64,000 bases of DNA, taken from positions 12,214,001 through 12,278,000 of the forward strand of contig CM102286.1 of NCBI GenBank assembly GCA_046563655.1, written 5' to 3'. The stretch is from Yuukianura sp. NJ FZ-2021 (lineage: Eukaryota). Positions 1 through 14,029 of the stretch are shown in pieces. Positions within the stretch are counted from its first letter, which is position 1, and each line of letters begins with the position of its first letter. Under the pieces are notes generated by a model, which saw only the letters and a list, made by a program, of their open reading frames with translations, had not been told where the DNA came from and ran no database searches. A program made the translations under genes and the position numbers.

Positions 1-3000
1 TTCGCAAGTATTGGCACATAAGTTGATATCACACGGCTCTTGAGTAGCTTCACTGTACAAATCTGCAAATTTTTGCAAAAGTTAATTGTCATATTTTTTT
101 GCACATGACCAGTGACACGTAGGACTTCAAGTGAGCCATTTTCAAAATTGTGGTATTAATTAACTATAACTTAATTAATTCCTGCCTTTACCGTGTTACT
201 TGGTTCACATATATGTTGAGACATTGACATTTTCTCACCTCTGCGCGTAGCTAGCAGTGGAACGTTGGTGTTTGTGCAATTGACCAAGTTCGCTGGGGCC
301 AAGGAGTGTGGGACGTTTCGACCGGCTGAATCGACACACCAACAGATTTTGCCATTCCGACTGCATTGTGTCGTCACAAAGTTGCCATTGGAGTCACATT
401 GAGGCACGTAGCCCCGCCCTTCAATCTCTTTTGTCGAAAGTATCTCAGCAATTTTCTTTTGTTGCAGGCACACTACACAAAATTGTATTCAGAATTTTAA
501 AATTTACTTGGTCATCTTCAACCAATTTGCAATTTCAGGTTAGGTTAGGTTAGGTTAACCTAACCTAACAACTCAACCAGGTTAGTATTAAAATCGTCCT
601 TCATTTTCATGTAACTTGTGCACTGAAATTCCATTACGCGCCGAAAGCTTTAGAAGGTCAACCTAATATTGTAAGCATCAATTTGCTTTCTACAAAATTT
701 ACCGAACCAAAAAATTAAAGGTAGAAAAAAATCAAGAATTCCGAAAAACAGAAAACGCGGATTAAAAAAATAACAAACTTTAGAATTTCCCGGCTTTCAA
801 GTTTTCAAAACTTTCGGGAACTTTCGAAAAAAAAAATTAGATATTTTCTTTTTCCATTGTTAGTGTAGGCGGGATTGTAGTTTATGCATAAATCATTTTG
901 ATGGTAAGATTATTTTGTTCAAACCTACATTTGGAATTGAAAAAGTTTCTAAAAAGTTACACCCCCATAACCCAATTTTGTTTTGCCAATTTGTGCATTA
1001 TTGCAAGTGGGAGAAATTGGATCCTTGAACTTACAAGTTGAGTTGAGTGGGTCTCCACATTGTTTTCCACGACTGTCTGTCATGCAGCACTTTTTCATTT
1101 CCGGGCATTCAAGATCATGCGCACACGAACTCTGGCATCCGCCGTCTTCCGAATCACATTCGGAAGTTGTCGTCGTGGTTACAGTCGGGCACAGGCCGGG
1201 TTTTTCAAAAAATGATTCCGAGCCACAACACACTCCGTAGTCATCTCCTGTCGGAAGTAGAATTGTTAGAGGTCAAAGGTCAATGAATTTCTATGAAAGT
1301 TCACTGTTTCCAATTACCTGAGTTAACATGACAGTTGAATCCAGGCGGACAAGTTGGTTTTCCTGGAGTGGATCCGCAGAGAAACGGATTTCCACTTTCT
1401 GGAATTGTAAATGGAGTGCCAATGGGACAGAGGCTGGCCAATGTCCGTGGTTTCTTGCCTGAAAATAAAAATTTGACATACTTAGTTTCTTCAAAATTTG
1501 AATTTTGGAAATTCGAAATGCATTTCATAACGGAAAAGTTGATTTTTTACATGTTGGGATGGGCGGACAAGGTTCAGTGGCACAAGAGACTTCTTGCAAT
1601 TGGCACTCGAGAGATCCGGGACACTTTACACCTTTGCAAATCTCTTTGCACAGACACATCTCGCATCCGTTGGAGTCCAATTCAAACCCATAGGGACACA
1701 GCATCCGACATTGAGGACCACTGCAGCGGTCATTACTCTCTACAAAATTCAAAATTTTGAATTTCAGAAAACGAGTTTTTTTTTCTTTTGAATTTTGAAA
1801 AACTAACTTGTGCAGTTAACTTCCTGTAGAGAGTTGGCACGGGTCCCGCCTTTCTCAAATCCGAATGCATCAACGCACCAGCATCTTCCGTTGCCATTGC
1901 ATTGAATTTCTTCAAAAGCCCCGCCTTCGCTACATTTTGGAACAGAAATGTCCAGAGCCTCTTCTGGACTGAGGAGCTTCACTTGGTTTTTGAAAAAGTA
2001 CTGGGCATGATCACATGCTTCAAAAAAATTTTAGATAAGTTTCAAAATTTCAGAAGAAATCTTGTTTTCGAAAATCATAGCTTTTCCAAAAACTTGTTTC
2101 TACCTGTGAACGACGGTAGGAGACAAACTTTGTTGCAACCCGTGGAACAACATATTGATTCTCCGCTGCAATCGTCATTGCTTGAACATTGGTCAGATTG
2201 ACCAATGCATGTTTTTTTGTCAAGCTTCGGTCTTGGACATCTTCCAATTTTTTCTAAATTTGAATTTGGAACAAAATTTTTTTTAAATTTCGGTTAGCTA
2301 AGGTACAAAAATCTAAACTCCACTTCAATTATGTTTTAAAACTGCGTGACCTCATCAAACAGTTGTTCATATGACCTCATCATGTCGTAAAAATGCACTT
2401 GTAATAAAAATTTGAAACTACTTCAAATAGTACACACTTCAGTTGCAACACATTTTTTTTTTGACTAATATTTCAACTCTATTACAATTTGCATGATGTC
2501 AATCACTTTCATTTTCAAGCGTATCAAATCCATTAGAATTCTTGCCTGAAGGGATCTTCATAATACAAGAAAAAACGAAAGAAAGAAAATAACAAAAAAA
2601 CGCGAAACAAAATAACTTCAACTTCAAACTAAAAATTTCATGGCTGCTTTGACTCAACTTTTTTTTTCTTATTTTAAGCTTCGTTTCGCTCTCAAAAAGG
2701 CTTTTGAAAATTAGTTCCTAATTTGGAAGAAGATTTCAAGCGTTGTACTGCGTCTGCGTCAATGAGGCATGCACGACAGCAGTGGATTAATCAAATGAAG
2801 ATGACACTCATCCTAAGATTAAAGTGGTGGCTGTGGAAATTTTGCCTCAAAATTTTCTAAAATTAGAGCCGGACTTCACTCAATGTTTTTAAGGTTTTGA
2901 CAAGGAAGAGATTTATGGTATCACACTTTTTAGTACAGAAAAGACTTTTGAAGTGCCTTTGGCATCTAAAGGGAAAACATTTGAGATGGAAGAGATGTTC

Positions 3001-4352
3001 CTACTTTTTACACGTTTTGAAGTGATAGTCCACGAGATACTTGTTCATCGCAGTCCATTTGGATTGAATAGAGGAACATTCGAGTCCTTTGACCCACATT
3101 TTTTAGAGACGTCACTCCACGTCCAACTGCCAAACCCTCTTCAATTCTTTGTGTTAACAAAATAAGTTGTACCGTTAAAATCCGTGGATTTTTTCCATCC
3201 CTCAATAAAAAGTCGTGTATCTCAATGGGCAATGCGTCATTGTAACTCGAATTGCAGGAATTCCCAACTCTTTATGCTAGGTTAGGTAGGATACGTTTTG
3301 ATTTGAACATGCTGAATTATTAGAGTCAACAGTTACGTCAAAGTAAAGATAATAAAAAGGTGGAATGAAATTTCAACTTGAAAATATAAACATTTCGGAC
3401 GTCTTTATTGAAAATTTGCCAAATCAAGATTTTGACATACTGATGCAAATGCCTCACGGGCAGCAATGCCTTAACCCAACGCATCATCGTGATTTCTAAC
3501 GCCCACAAACAGAACGAATACGGCTTAAAAACCAAAATTTTGAAAATCGTTTCTCCGATTCAATAAACTCATAAGCCTTTGCGGTTAAATTGAAAATCTT
3601 TAAGAAAACGGAAAATATATTTTCAGTGAGAAAGAGAATCATTTATGCAAACGCAAAAAGCGAAACCAAAAACTTTGAATTTTGAAAAATATTTTGAACT
3701 TATTTAAATTCAAAGTCCCGTTTTTCCTCACTGTGGAAGTTTGGCTCAAGGAAAAAACGTGTCAGAAAAAATTAGTCAACTGAAAAAAACAATAACACAA
3801 AAACCAGAAGATTCGACTTTTTGGATGGAAACTGAAAATTGAAGTGCCAAAAATTTCCACAGCGCAGCGAATCGAATTTTGCAGCGGTGGTTTTCCCGTA
3901 ACAAGAACGAAGCAACCGTACTAATTTAGAATTTACGCCGGTGTTGTTATAACTGCATATGCACATCTACAGTTAATTAAGCTAGCATAGCACAGCATCA
4001 TATTCGCAGTGAAAAATTTCACAGCAATAGGATGCCAAACCGGAAGTTTTCAACGTATGTAGAATGTCAATTAATTTGACTCATGCGCAGCAAAGCCAAT
4101 GTATTTCACTCCACACTCTTAAATGATTCAGTAAATTCTAACCACTTTACCTGTAAACGACTTTTACATAAGAGAAATCGATCCCACGAAGTAAACAATT
4201 GTTAAAGTGAATAGTTTGAGTGAGTTGTTTAATTGGCTTCAATTTAAGGTAAAAACTTTCAGAAGCGAACCTGTAGTTTCAGCAGGGACAGAGACAATGA
4301 TGACTAGGAGAAAAAGCACAGCGCATGACCACCGGAACAAATTGGTCATCAT
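1..4352 (-). CDS. Secreted cysteine-rich multidomain protease-inhibitor-like protein (WAP, thyroglobulin type-1, antistasin, lustrin-like modules); multi-exon, 3' end runs off the window
   Basis: Signal-peptide exon 4271-4352 (MMTNLFRWSCAVLFLLVIIVSVPAETT). WAP exon ~2104-2253 (GRCPRP..CSSNDDCSGESICCSTGCNKVC). Thyroglobulin-1 motifs QC..CWCVD at ~1810-2018 and ~240-473. Antistasin-like CRMLCPYGFELDSNGCEMCLC at ~1550-1740. Second WAP KPGLCP..CAHDLECPEMKKCC at ~1035-1246. GT-AG sites keep frame. Confidence 0.88.
538..569. repeat. Interstitial (TTAGG)n / (CCTAA)n head-to-head repeat forming a perfect 26-bp palindrome
   Basis: 544-556 GTTAGGTTAGGTT is followed directly by its reverse complement AACCTAACCTAAC (557-569), inside an intron. 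Confidence 0.85.
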
Positions 4353-6759
4353 CGTCTTACTTTAGTTAGAAACTGCACCTGAAAAAATACATAGTAGATT
4401 ATGAAAATAACGATTTAAGTAAAATTACTATGTAAAGTTATCAGATTATAAATAAAATTATAGTCCAATTGTTCCTGCTCAAGTTTAAGCACTGAAACGA
4501 CAATGAAAAAATATTTGACCAAAATGGAAGAAAATAGCACGGAACACTTTATGAAACTGTTTTCATTGAAACTGAAGTGATAGTAAATTTATGATTCGTT
4601 AAGGTATAGTTAAGGTTAAAGTTATTTTTGTTTATAAGTTAAAAATTTGGGCTACTATCATTATGATTTTGACATTCATAGTTTACCGTTACAGGCAAAG
4701 GTTTGACTTTTGCAATGTATAACTTTATGTGTGAATGATTTTATTTACCATATTTTACTTTTTAGTTGCACAAAATGCAACATTTTTATTGAAGCGTAAC
4801 TGTGTGCACAAGTTATGATCACAATTCATAGAGTGAACGATATTGTGAGCATAAGTTGAATTCCAATTGTGTACTTTAGTATATCCATTTTTATCATTGT
4901 TTCGCATCAAATATTTCACACATAAGATACAACACACCGGAAAGTAATGCGCATGCCCCATTCTCATTTTCAAACAAAGAAAAAAAAATGGAGCATAAAT
5001 AGAACTGAAAACTACATTTCCGGTTTCATTTCCTCTTATGAACAATGCAACTTGAATTGAAAAAAGAATGATCAGACTTGGTACAAAATTTTGAAGCAGA
5101 CAAACGCCGTTTAAAAAAATTTCAAATGTAGAACGGCAACATTAATTTATGTTTCTGTTCAAAAAAATTTAGTTGTAACAGTACTAAAAGTACAATTTAT
5201 TTTATTATAATTGAAATATTTTAAACCAGTAACGTTAAAAAAAATTGAGGTTATGAAAGTAACCCACACTACTTGTATACTAGTTACTGTGTAACGCTTA
5301 CCTCAAACAAAATTAATAAAATTGCAATGACTAAAGCTCGTTAATTTTTTTTTCATTTCAAGAAGTAAATGTGAAAAACTTTAAAGTTTCAAAATGAAGT
5401 TTTAAGCCTTTAAATTCAAAAAATAACACCAACGAAATCTTATTACTTACGTAGTAAGTTTCGGTAAAAATTTGTCCACTTTTGGTATTTTTTCAAAATG
5501 TTCAAACAGGAAAAACGAAACATCAAGTGTCAGTTTTTGAAACCATGTTTTAAAACAGGGACTGTAAACAATTACCTTTGTTGTTACTCCAAGGAAAATT
5601 TTTCGACCAATTCAATTCAACTTGTTGCGTTTTTTAGAACAATGGTTTCGATTTGATAACACACACGCTTCACTTTTTTGAAATCCTTGTAAAAAATTAG
5701 CTTTCCAATTTCAAACATCTAATTGCAAATCCCTATTCAGAATATAATAAATTTCACAAGCAGTTTTTTGAAAATGAGCCTGAGGCACTTCACGACATTT
5801 TGGCAAATTTCGAGGCAAAACATCCAATTTCAATTATTAGACTTTTAGCACCATTTTCGCCCCAATTAGAGCAGCCAAATTAGGTTATGCTTGTTATCCA
5901 AAAAGAGTTGAACAAATATACGAAACAAACCGTCGCACAAAAATTTCTGAAATTTTTTCGAAAAACTTGAATTCATTCTAGTTGTCTAATCGGAACGCTT
6001 CGCATCCGTAAATTTTTCGTCGAACTGCAAAAAAACTGTTAAACCAAGTAGAACTTGACAGCAAAATTGTTTGTTGAACTAAAAGTTAGTGTTCGTGCAA
6101 AGGATGTTATTGGTATAACCTACACAGAAAACTTGAAGTGTTTGGTGTTCGCAGGTAAACAACGCCCTGCTCAGTATGCAGTTTGCACTTTCTTGGTTTG
6201 TAAATTAACACACTTAATTAAAATTCACACGTATGCAGTGTATAGTAAGTGGTTATGATGATAAAAACTTGTTGAAGACGTGGAAAGATGCTGTGAAGAC
6301 GTTAGGTGTCCATTGACTACTGGGTTAGTAAGTACAGATGTAAGTTTGGAGCAGAAACAATGGTAAGAATGGCTTTGTAGTCCACCACTTCAAGCCTCCC
6401 GAGAGGCAAGATCTGTTTTTTAATCGAGTTCATCGGACAAGCTTTTTGCCTCACTTCGTCATCCCACCCCGCCATCCCCTCCCTAAGGACTTTCTCGACA
6501 ACAATCAAATAGCACCACCATTACGATTCTTTCATTGTTCCACTCACTTGCAAACAAAATGGCAAACTCCCTGCAGGAACTTGACGTACTTCCTTTCGTA
6601 TATATACCTTCGTACTAACAGGGTTGATACAACATAGACAAAGCTTTGAAAATGAAGCGGAACAAATACACACAAAAAAACATCTAAAATGCATCCAAAA
6701 ACTTCTAAAAATACAAGCTACAGCGTTATCAAACACGTTTCGAAAATAGATGATGCTAT

Positions 6760-6865
6760 CTAACAATTTTCTAAAATTTATAGAATTTGACAGACGCTGC
6801 TTGCCATACAGGATACATGACACAGTTTACAAAATTCGCTGCACAACTTTTTTAAAGCAAGCCTT
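6760..6865 (+). repeat. Dispersed ~105-bp repeat, diverged copy of 14326-14432
   Basis: CTAACAATT..AAAATTTAT..AATTTGACAGACGC..CAGTTT.CAAAATTCGCTGCAC..AACTTTTTAAAGCAA is shared by both sites in the same orientation. Confidence 0.75.
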
Positions 6866-8695
6866 AAAACATGGCCACCCGTTCTTGAAGGCATGAGTTG
6901 CTACAATTTTTGAAATTACACTGACGTTGTAAGAATTTTTCAAACGTGCAAAGGTGGAAAGAATTTTTAAATTTATATATACGTTACGACCGATTTCAAA
7001 AACGTATTACACTGTAAAAAAAAATTTATGCTTTATATTCCATCATGCAGAAACAAAGTCTGAAAATGTGCCTACGTTTAAAATGTAACTAAAATTTTTA
7101 AATGTAAAACATATAGTCATACAAGATGCTCAGCAGTGCTCTACAAGCTAACAAAAGCAAAATCTTGATTTGTATCTATACTCCTCTAGCATCGTATTTC
7201 AGTAATTGTTCATTAACTTTAAAATTAATTAAGCAAGTCAATCAAAAACACAGAAAAACTTGTTCATGAAGCACAACAATTTTTTTTTGCTTGGTTGACT
7301 GACTAAATCTATGCCAAAAACTTTGGTTTATTTGTATGAAACGATTTCAGTTGCAGGCTCATGCATCATGAAAATGTAGTACTCAGTGTAGGCCAAAAAT
7401 TTAAAATTTGTGAGTAGTTCTAAATTTTTTAAAATGGATACATCAGTCGAAACATTGTTAAGAAGTTTTTTCAAAAATTGACAATTTTGATTTCTTGCTG
7501 ATTCCAAGGTGTGGAAGAAATTTTGCACCGATGTTTTCATTAGATTGTAAAAACTTATTCATATTAAAAGTTTTGCATAGCATTTTGCCACAATTAAGAT
7601 GAAAATGAAGAAGTACATAGAGCATGACGAATCTGACGGCCCCTTTGTATATCTTAAGGATCCCGTGGACTTTGCCTGTTTTACTTTCAATGTGGAATTA
7701 GATGTGTAACATGCTGATTATATTTTGGCAACAGTGTTGACCCCCATTAATCAATTGGTAATTTTGTTGCCACTATGAAGGGCAACTCTTTCAAGGCTCT
7801 TGAGTAACAAGTTTGAATTCATTAACTTTTGGGCTAAACTTGATCTAAAGGTCACATAACTTCCAAATTTTGGAACACCAAAACTAAAAAAAAGTTGTCA
7901 CATAAGTGAACAATTTATTTTGTCAACTAAACTTGTATACTAGGTCCTTGACCTATTTTTAGTTTTATTGTTTTATTTACAAAAGTGCATTTCGAAAAAA
8001 AATGTATGCATCTTTTGACTGCAATATTCTTTTCAAAATTGGCCAATAATTTTACTTTTATCTCCTTATGAATCAAGTGTGTAGAAGATGATGCGTCACG
8101 TAGCAAATTGAAGGCGTCTGTATCACATAAAGTGCCTAATGAATCAATTTATTGCATTCGAAACTCGCATTTGGCTACGGAATAAGTGCAAAAGTACTTT
8201 GTGTGTTCTGCAATTTTCAGCTGCGGCATTGCAATCATATTGTCAAAAAATGATTAAAAAAATTAGTTCAGATTATGAAACGGTGTAACAGTACATGGTA
8301 AAATAAGTCACGTGTTACGAAAAAAAATTCAAACCAATGGAAATCACTGAAAAAGTGGGATTTCCTAGATAATGATCCACACATTGCACTAAAAAGTTAC
8401 TAGTTTGTACTTAGGTTTAGGTATTATCCTTCTTTGAAGTGCTTTGGTATCGCTAATCTGCTTTAAAATTCGTCTAACCCAGTGAAATTTGATTAAATTT
8501 TGTCACAAATAGGTGTGTGTGTAAGTAGGATGGGATTTGTAAGATAAGTATTAACTTGTAAGCACTTGAAATGTGAATTCTAAAAATGGGGTTTTAAACC
8601 AAGTTTAATCAGAAAAAAGCTCCAAAGTCATATTTATTTTATAGAAAAAATTAATTGCCATTTTGCCAAGAAAGCACATCATTGTCTACAGCACA

Positions 8696-11071
8696 ATGCT
8701 GACTGAAATCTTGCTGGCTGGATTACTGGTGGCTTTAACGTATTGGGTATATCTTGGAACGAGAAAACCAAAAAACTTTCCCCCAGGTAGAGGCTGGATT
8801 TCAGAAAAATCAAAACCTACAGAATTTTCAAAATGTTCAAAATTTTGAATTCCAGGTCCGCCGCGAATTCCTATTCTAGGAAGCTTACCGTACATTGGAT
8901 ATCCACCACAAAAAGGGTTGGCCAAACTTGCAAAGCAGTACGGAAAGATAATTGGCACGTTCAGTGGAAATTATCCGTAAGTCGAACAATTTTGATTAAA
9001 ACTTGTTTTGATTTAACTAAAAAAATTCAAAATTTTCTAAAAATTAAAAAAATTAACCAAATTTAATCTAACTTTAGAAATGCCCTTAACTTTTTCTGAT
9101 TTAATTTTTTAGGTCAATTGTGTTGAATGATCTGAGTTTGATACGAGATGCGTTTGGAGATGATCGATTCTCTGCTCGACCACCGCTACGTCCTTTCATA
9201 GAACGCAGTTTAGATGGAAGCAAAGGCAAGAACTAAAAACACAACAATCAAACTAATCTTAAGTTGAGCAAAATTTCAGTTTGTTTCTTTTTGTTCGATT
9301 TTTAAAATTCAGGACTTATTTTTGGAACGGGAGAAAAGTATTTGGAACAGCGAAAATTTATTGTCAAAGTCTTCAAAGATTTTGGTTTTGGAAAACGAGA
9401 TTCACATGATATTGTAATGGAAGAAGCTGGTGCATTGATAAACCAGTTCAAGTAAGCACAAATCTTTTATACAAAAGATAAATTTTCCTATGCTAAAAAT
9501 GATTCAAAATTTACAATTCAAAGGAAAACGGAAGGCCAACCGATCATTTTAATCCGTCATTGTCACACAGCCGTAATGAATGCGCTATGGACGATTGTTG
9601 CTGGGAAACGCTTCAGCTATGAGGATCCAGAGCTTCAAACCATCATTCGCATGACTGCTAGTGTACTTCGTTTTCGGTAAGTTTTCTTAAGTTTTTTTGA
9701 ATTCCAATCAAAAACATTGATGAAAGTGTTCAACTGAATTTTGGGATTTTTTTCCGAAACATTTTACCATTAGAAATTATAATTTCCATTTTTTGTTAAA
9801 GCAATTTCTGAAATTCTGTAATTTATGTTATTTTTTTTTTATAATTTTTACACTAATTTTTCACTCAAGTTTTTTTTTGTTTGTTTAGATCACTGGACTC
9901 CGCAAGCATAATTCCGCAACTGTTATTTTTTCAACCAGAACTTACCAAATTATTTCCCAACCTTACTGGATGGAACCATTTCATGACTTGCTTTGACACA
10001 TTCGTTCCAGTACTGAAGAGGTACATTGAAGCCCATAAAGAAACTTATGATGAAAATAACATCCGAGACTTAATTGACGTGTACCTCCAAAAAATCAAAT
10101 CAGTCACAGACAAAGAGTCGCCGTTTTACGGAGAACATGGAGGTAGACTATTACTTATTCAAAACTCATTTTTCATTTTTGACCATTTCAAATTTGAATT
10201 TTTGCAGAAGGAGCATTGCTCGTGACGTTGATAGATTTGTTTGTTGCTGGTACGGAAACGGCCAGTGCCAATTTTGCATGGGCTCTTCTTCATTTGACGC
10301 ACAATTTAGATTATCAGAGACAATTGCACGAAGAAATTGATACAGTCATTGGAAACGAGTTGCCTTCAATGGAACACAAAGCAAAGTAATTGATTAATTT
10401 TAAGCAAAGTGCCTTAACATTCAACTTTAATGCAGCAAACAAATGCTGTTTCTTATTTGCCAGAATGCCACTTATGGATGCCTGTATCAACGAAACACTT
10501 AGAATTGCAACAATCGGTTGTATGTCGATAATGCATTCGACGAATGTCGACGTCCCAGATTTTCATGGTTACAGTTTACCAAAAGACACGATTGTTTATG
10601 GCAACTTTTGGCAAGTTAATCACGATGTAGAAGTTTGGGGTGATCCAGAAAATTTTCGACCGCAGAGATTTCTTGGATCCGGAGCCAGTAAAGTTTCTCG
10701 GATTAACGTTTTTTCAAGAGGTAGCGAAATTTTTTCTCAATTCTGGAATTTTTCAAACCAGTTAAACGATATGGATTTTCTTAATATTAATTTTTTTTAT
10801 TTTCGCTAGGAAAACGAGTCTGTCCGGGAGAGGTAAGACATTTTATTGCCAAAATAAAATTATATTTTGAGAAAAATTGTAAATTAAAGTTAACATATCG
10901 TTTCAGAGTTTGGCACGTCACGAACTGTTCCTATTTATGTCATCGGTTTTGCAAAAATTCAGTTTTGCAATGGCAGAGGGCTCACCATCGCCGTGTTTCG
11001 ATCCAACCCAAGCCGCCACTGTTGTAATGGACGACTACAAAGTAATCGTCCAGCAGCGATTCAAGGCTTAA
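8696..11071 (+). CDS. Cytochrome P450, clan 2 (CYP2/CYP15/CYP305-like), tandem copy A
   Basis: N-terminal TM anchor, then PKNFPPGP-PRIPILG, I-helix AGTET, K-helix ETLR, PENFRPQRF and heme motif FSRGKRVCPGE. Stop at 11069-11071. One intron needs a GC donor (9226). Confidence 0.95.
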
Positions 11072-11637
11072 AACTTAAACAAACAAAGTTACTAACTACT
11101 GAAAATTAAATTCTCAAATACAACAGTTTATAATGAAAGCAAGTAATAAAAATGTTAACAAATGAAAAAGATTGCTTTAGATGATGAAATCATGTAATGA
11201 CTTCCAGATACAAAAAGTCACAAAAACCATGAGTATAAGGATTAAAATCATTAGAAATTGTTGAAAAGTGTAATTTTCCTGGACAATGATCCGCATGATG
11301 TAATGCTTTAAATTTGCATGAAATAATGCCCATGATCTAATGCTCATGATGTAATGCGTTTTGCAAATATCTATTTTCGTGCTTTGTAGTGCTTTTGCAG
11401 CGTTAGTTTGCTTTAAAATTAATCTAATCCAGTGAAATTTGATTCAATTTTGTCACGAGGAAGCGGAATCATATTAATAAGATTATAGTGATTACGTTGT
11501 AAGCACTTCAAAAGTCAACGCAACAATGTTTTTAAACCAAGTTTTTCAAAAGGAGCTTCAGAGTTTTTCATTAACAAAAAAGCTAAACTGCCATTTCCAA
11601 CAAACCAAAAGCACACACATAAATTTTCTCCAGCACA

Positions 11638-14029
11638 ATGTTAACTGAAATCTTGTTGGTTGGATTACTGGCGGTTTTCACATATTGCGTATATCTAGGA
11701 GCGAGAAAACCAAAGAACTTTCCCCCAGGTAGCATTTGGAGAAGTTTTTTCTTCAGAATAACAGCCAAAAAGCTTTATTTTTCCAAAAATTTCCAAATTT
11801 TAAATTCCAGGTCCACCGCGAATTCCCATTTTAGGGAGCTTACCGTACATTGGAATTCCACCACACAAAGGGTTGGCAAAACTTACAAAGCAGTACGGAA
11901 AAATAGTTGGCACGTTCAGTGGAAATTATCCGTGAGTCTAACAACATAATTTGATAACTAAAACAAAATCAAAAATTGACTGAAATTTTTAATATTTTAT
12001 CAAATTGTGTTTTGAAAAATACCCTTAATTTTTTTGGCTTTGAATTTTTTTTAGATCAATCGTTTTGAATGATCTCGTTCTAATACGAGATGCGTTTGGA
12101 GATGAACGATTCTCAGCACGACCACCACTACGTGCTTTCAAAGAACGCAGTTTAGATGGGACCAAAGGCATGAGCATGAACTAAAAAAAATTAAAAAAGT
12201 TGAACGCCATTCTTGGCTGTGTTTGAAAAAAAAAATTTTTTTAAACTTTTTTTCAGGAATTATTTTTGGTACGGGAGAAAAGTGGCTGGAACAACGAAAA
12301 TTTATTGTTAAAGTCTTCAGAGATTTTGGTTTTGGGAAACGAGATTCCCATGATATTGTGATGGAAGAAGCTGCTGCGTTGATAAACCAGTTCGAGTAAG
12401 CGCAAATCCATTTTTGAAAAACACGAGTTTGTCAAAAACAAAGATTCAAAATTTAAAATTCGTAGGAAAACTGAAGGTCAACCGATCATTCTGATCCATT
12501 ATTGTCACACTGCCATAATGAATGCGCTATGGACAATTGTTGCTGGTAGTCGCTTCAGCTATGAGGATCCTGAGCTTCAAACGATCATCCATATGACTGC
12601 TAACGTTCTTCGTTTTCGGTAAGTTTTCTATGGATTCAAATTGATTTCAATCTAAACATGATAAACATCGATAAACAGTTTTCAACTGGATTTTTTCATT
12701 TTAGCTTTAGAAGTTATCCATGCTTTTTGTTAAAGCAGTTTCACAAATTCTATTGACATTTTTATGCTAAGTTTTGCCGCAAGTTTTACACTCAACGTTT
12801 TATTTTTTTCGCGTTTAGCTCACTGGACTCCGCAAGCATAATTCCCCAACTGCTATTTTTTCAACCAGAGCTTACCAAATTGTTTCCAAACCTTACTGGA
12901 TGGAACCAATTCATTGACAGTTTCAAAATTTTATTTCCAGTACTTCGCAAGTACATTGTAGCCCACAGAGAAACTTATGATGAAGACAACATCCGAGATT
13001 TAATTGACGTGTACCTCCAAAAAATCAAATCAGTCACAGACAAAGAGTCGCCTTTCTTCAAAGAGCAAGGAGGTACAGAACTAAATAATACAAATAGTAC
13101 TAAATTCAAGAATCATTTTTTATTTTACTTAAACGTTTCGAATTTGAATTTTCGCAGAAGATGCATTGCTGGTGACGTTGGTGGATTTGTTTGTGGCTGG
13201 TGCGGAAACGGCCAGTGCCAATTTTGCATGGGGCCTTCTTCATTTGACGCACAATTTAGATTATCAGAGACAATTGCACGAAGAAATTGACACGGTCATT
13301 GGGAACCAGTTGCCTTCAATCGAACACAAGTCAAAGTAATTGATTATTAAACAAAGTCCTTAAAATAGTAACTTTTGAATTCAAGGCAAGTGATTAATGG
13401 TTTGCCATTTGTCAGAATGCCACTTATGGAGGCCTGTATCAACGAAACATTGAGAATTGCAACAATCGGGGTTCTGTCGATTATGCATTCAACGAATGTC
13501 GAAGTTCCCGATTTTCACGGTTACAGTTTACCTAAAGACACGATTGTTTATGGCAACTTTTGGCAAGTTAATCACGATGTAGAAGTTTGGGGTGATCCAG
13601 AAAATTTTCGACCGCAGAGATTTCTTGGAGCAGGAGCCAGTAAAGTTTCTCGGATCAACGTTTTTTCAAGAGGTAGCAAAATAATTTTTTTTTCAATTCT
13701 GGAATTTTTGAAACCAATTATACGATATGTATTTTGTTAATTTTAAATTATTAATTTTCGCCAGGAAAACGAGTCTGTCCGGGAGAGGTAACCATTTTAT
13801 TGCAAAAATGAAATTATATTTTGTTAAGGAAAAATCGTAAGTTACAGTTAACGGTTCGTTTCAGGGTTTCGCACGTGACGAACTGTTCCTGTTTATGGCA
13901 TCGGTTTTGCAAAAATTCAAATTTACAATGGCAGAGAATTCACCGTCGCCATGTTTTGATCCAACCCAAGTCGCCACTGTTCAATTGGCCGACTACAAGG
14001 TAATCGTCGAGCAGCGGTTCAAGGACTAA
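11638..14029 (+). CDS. Cytochrome P450, clan 2, tandem copy B
   Basis: Same exon structure as copy A. Motifs WLEQR, AGAET, ETLR and FSRGKRVCPGE. Stop at 14027-14029. GC donor at 12168. Confidence 0.95.

Noticed and set aside
6055..7710. Short ORFs between the inhibitor gene and the P450s
   Set aside because: They show no recognisable motifs or convincing splice structure. The region is more likely promoter or intergenic DNA.
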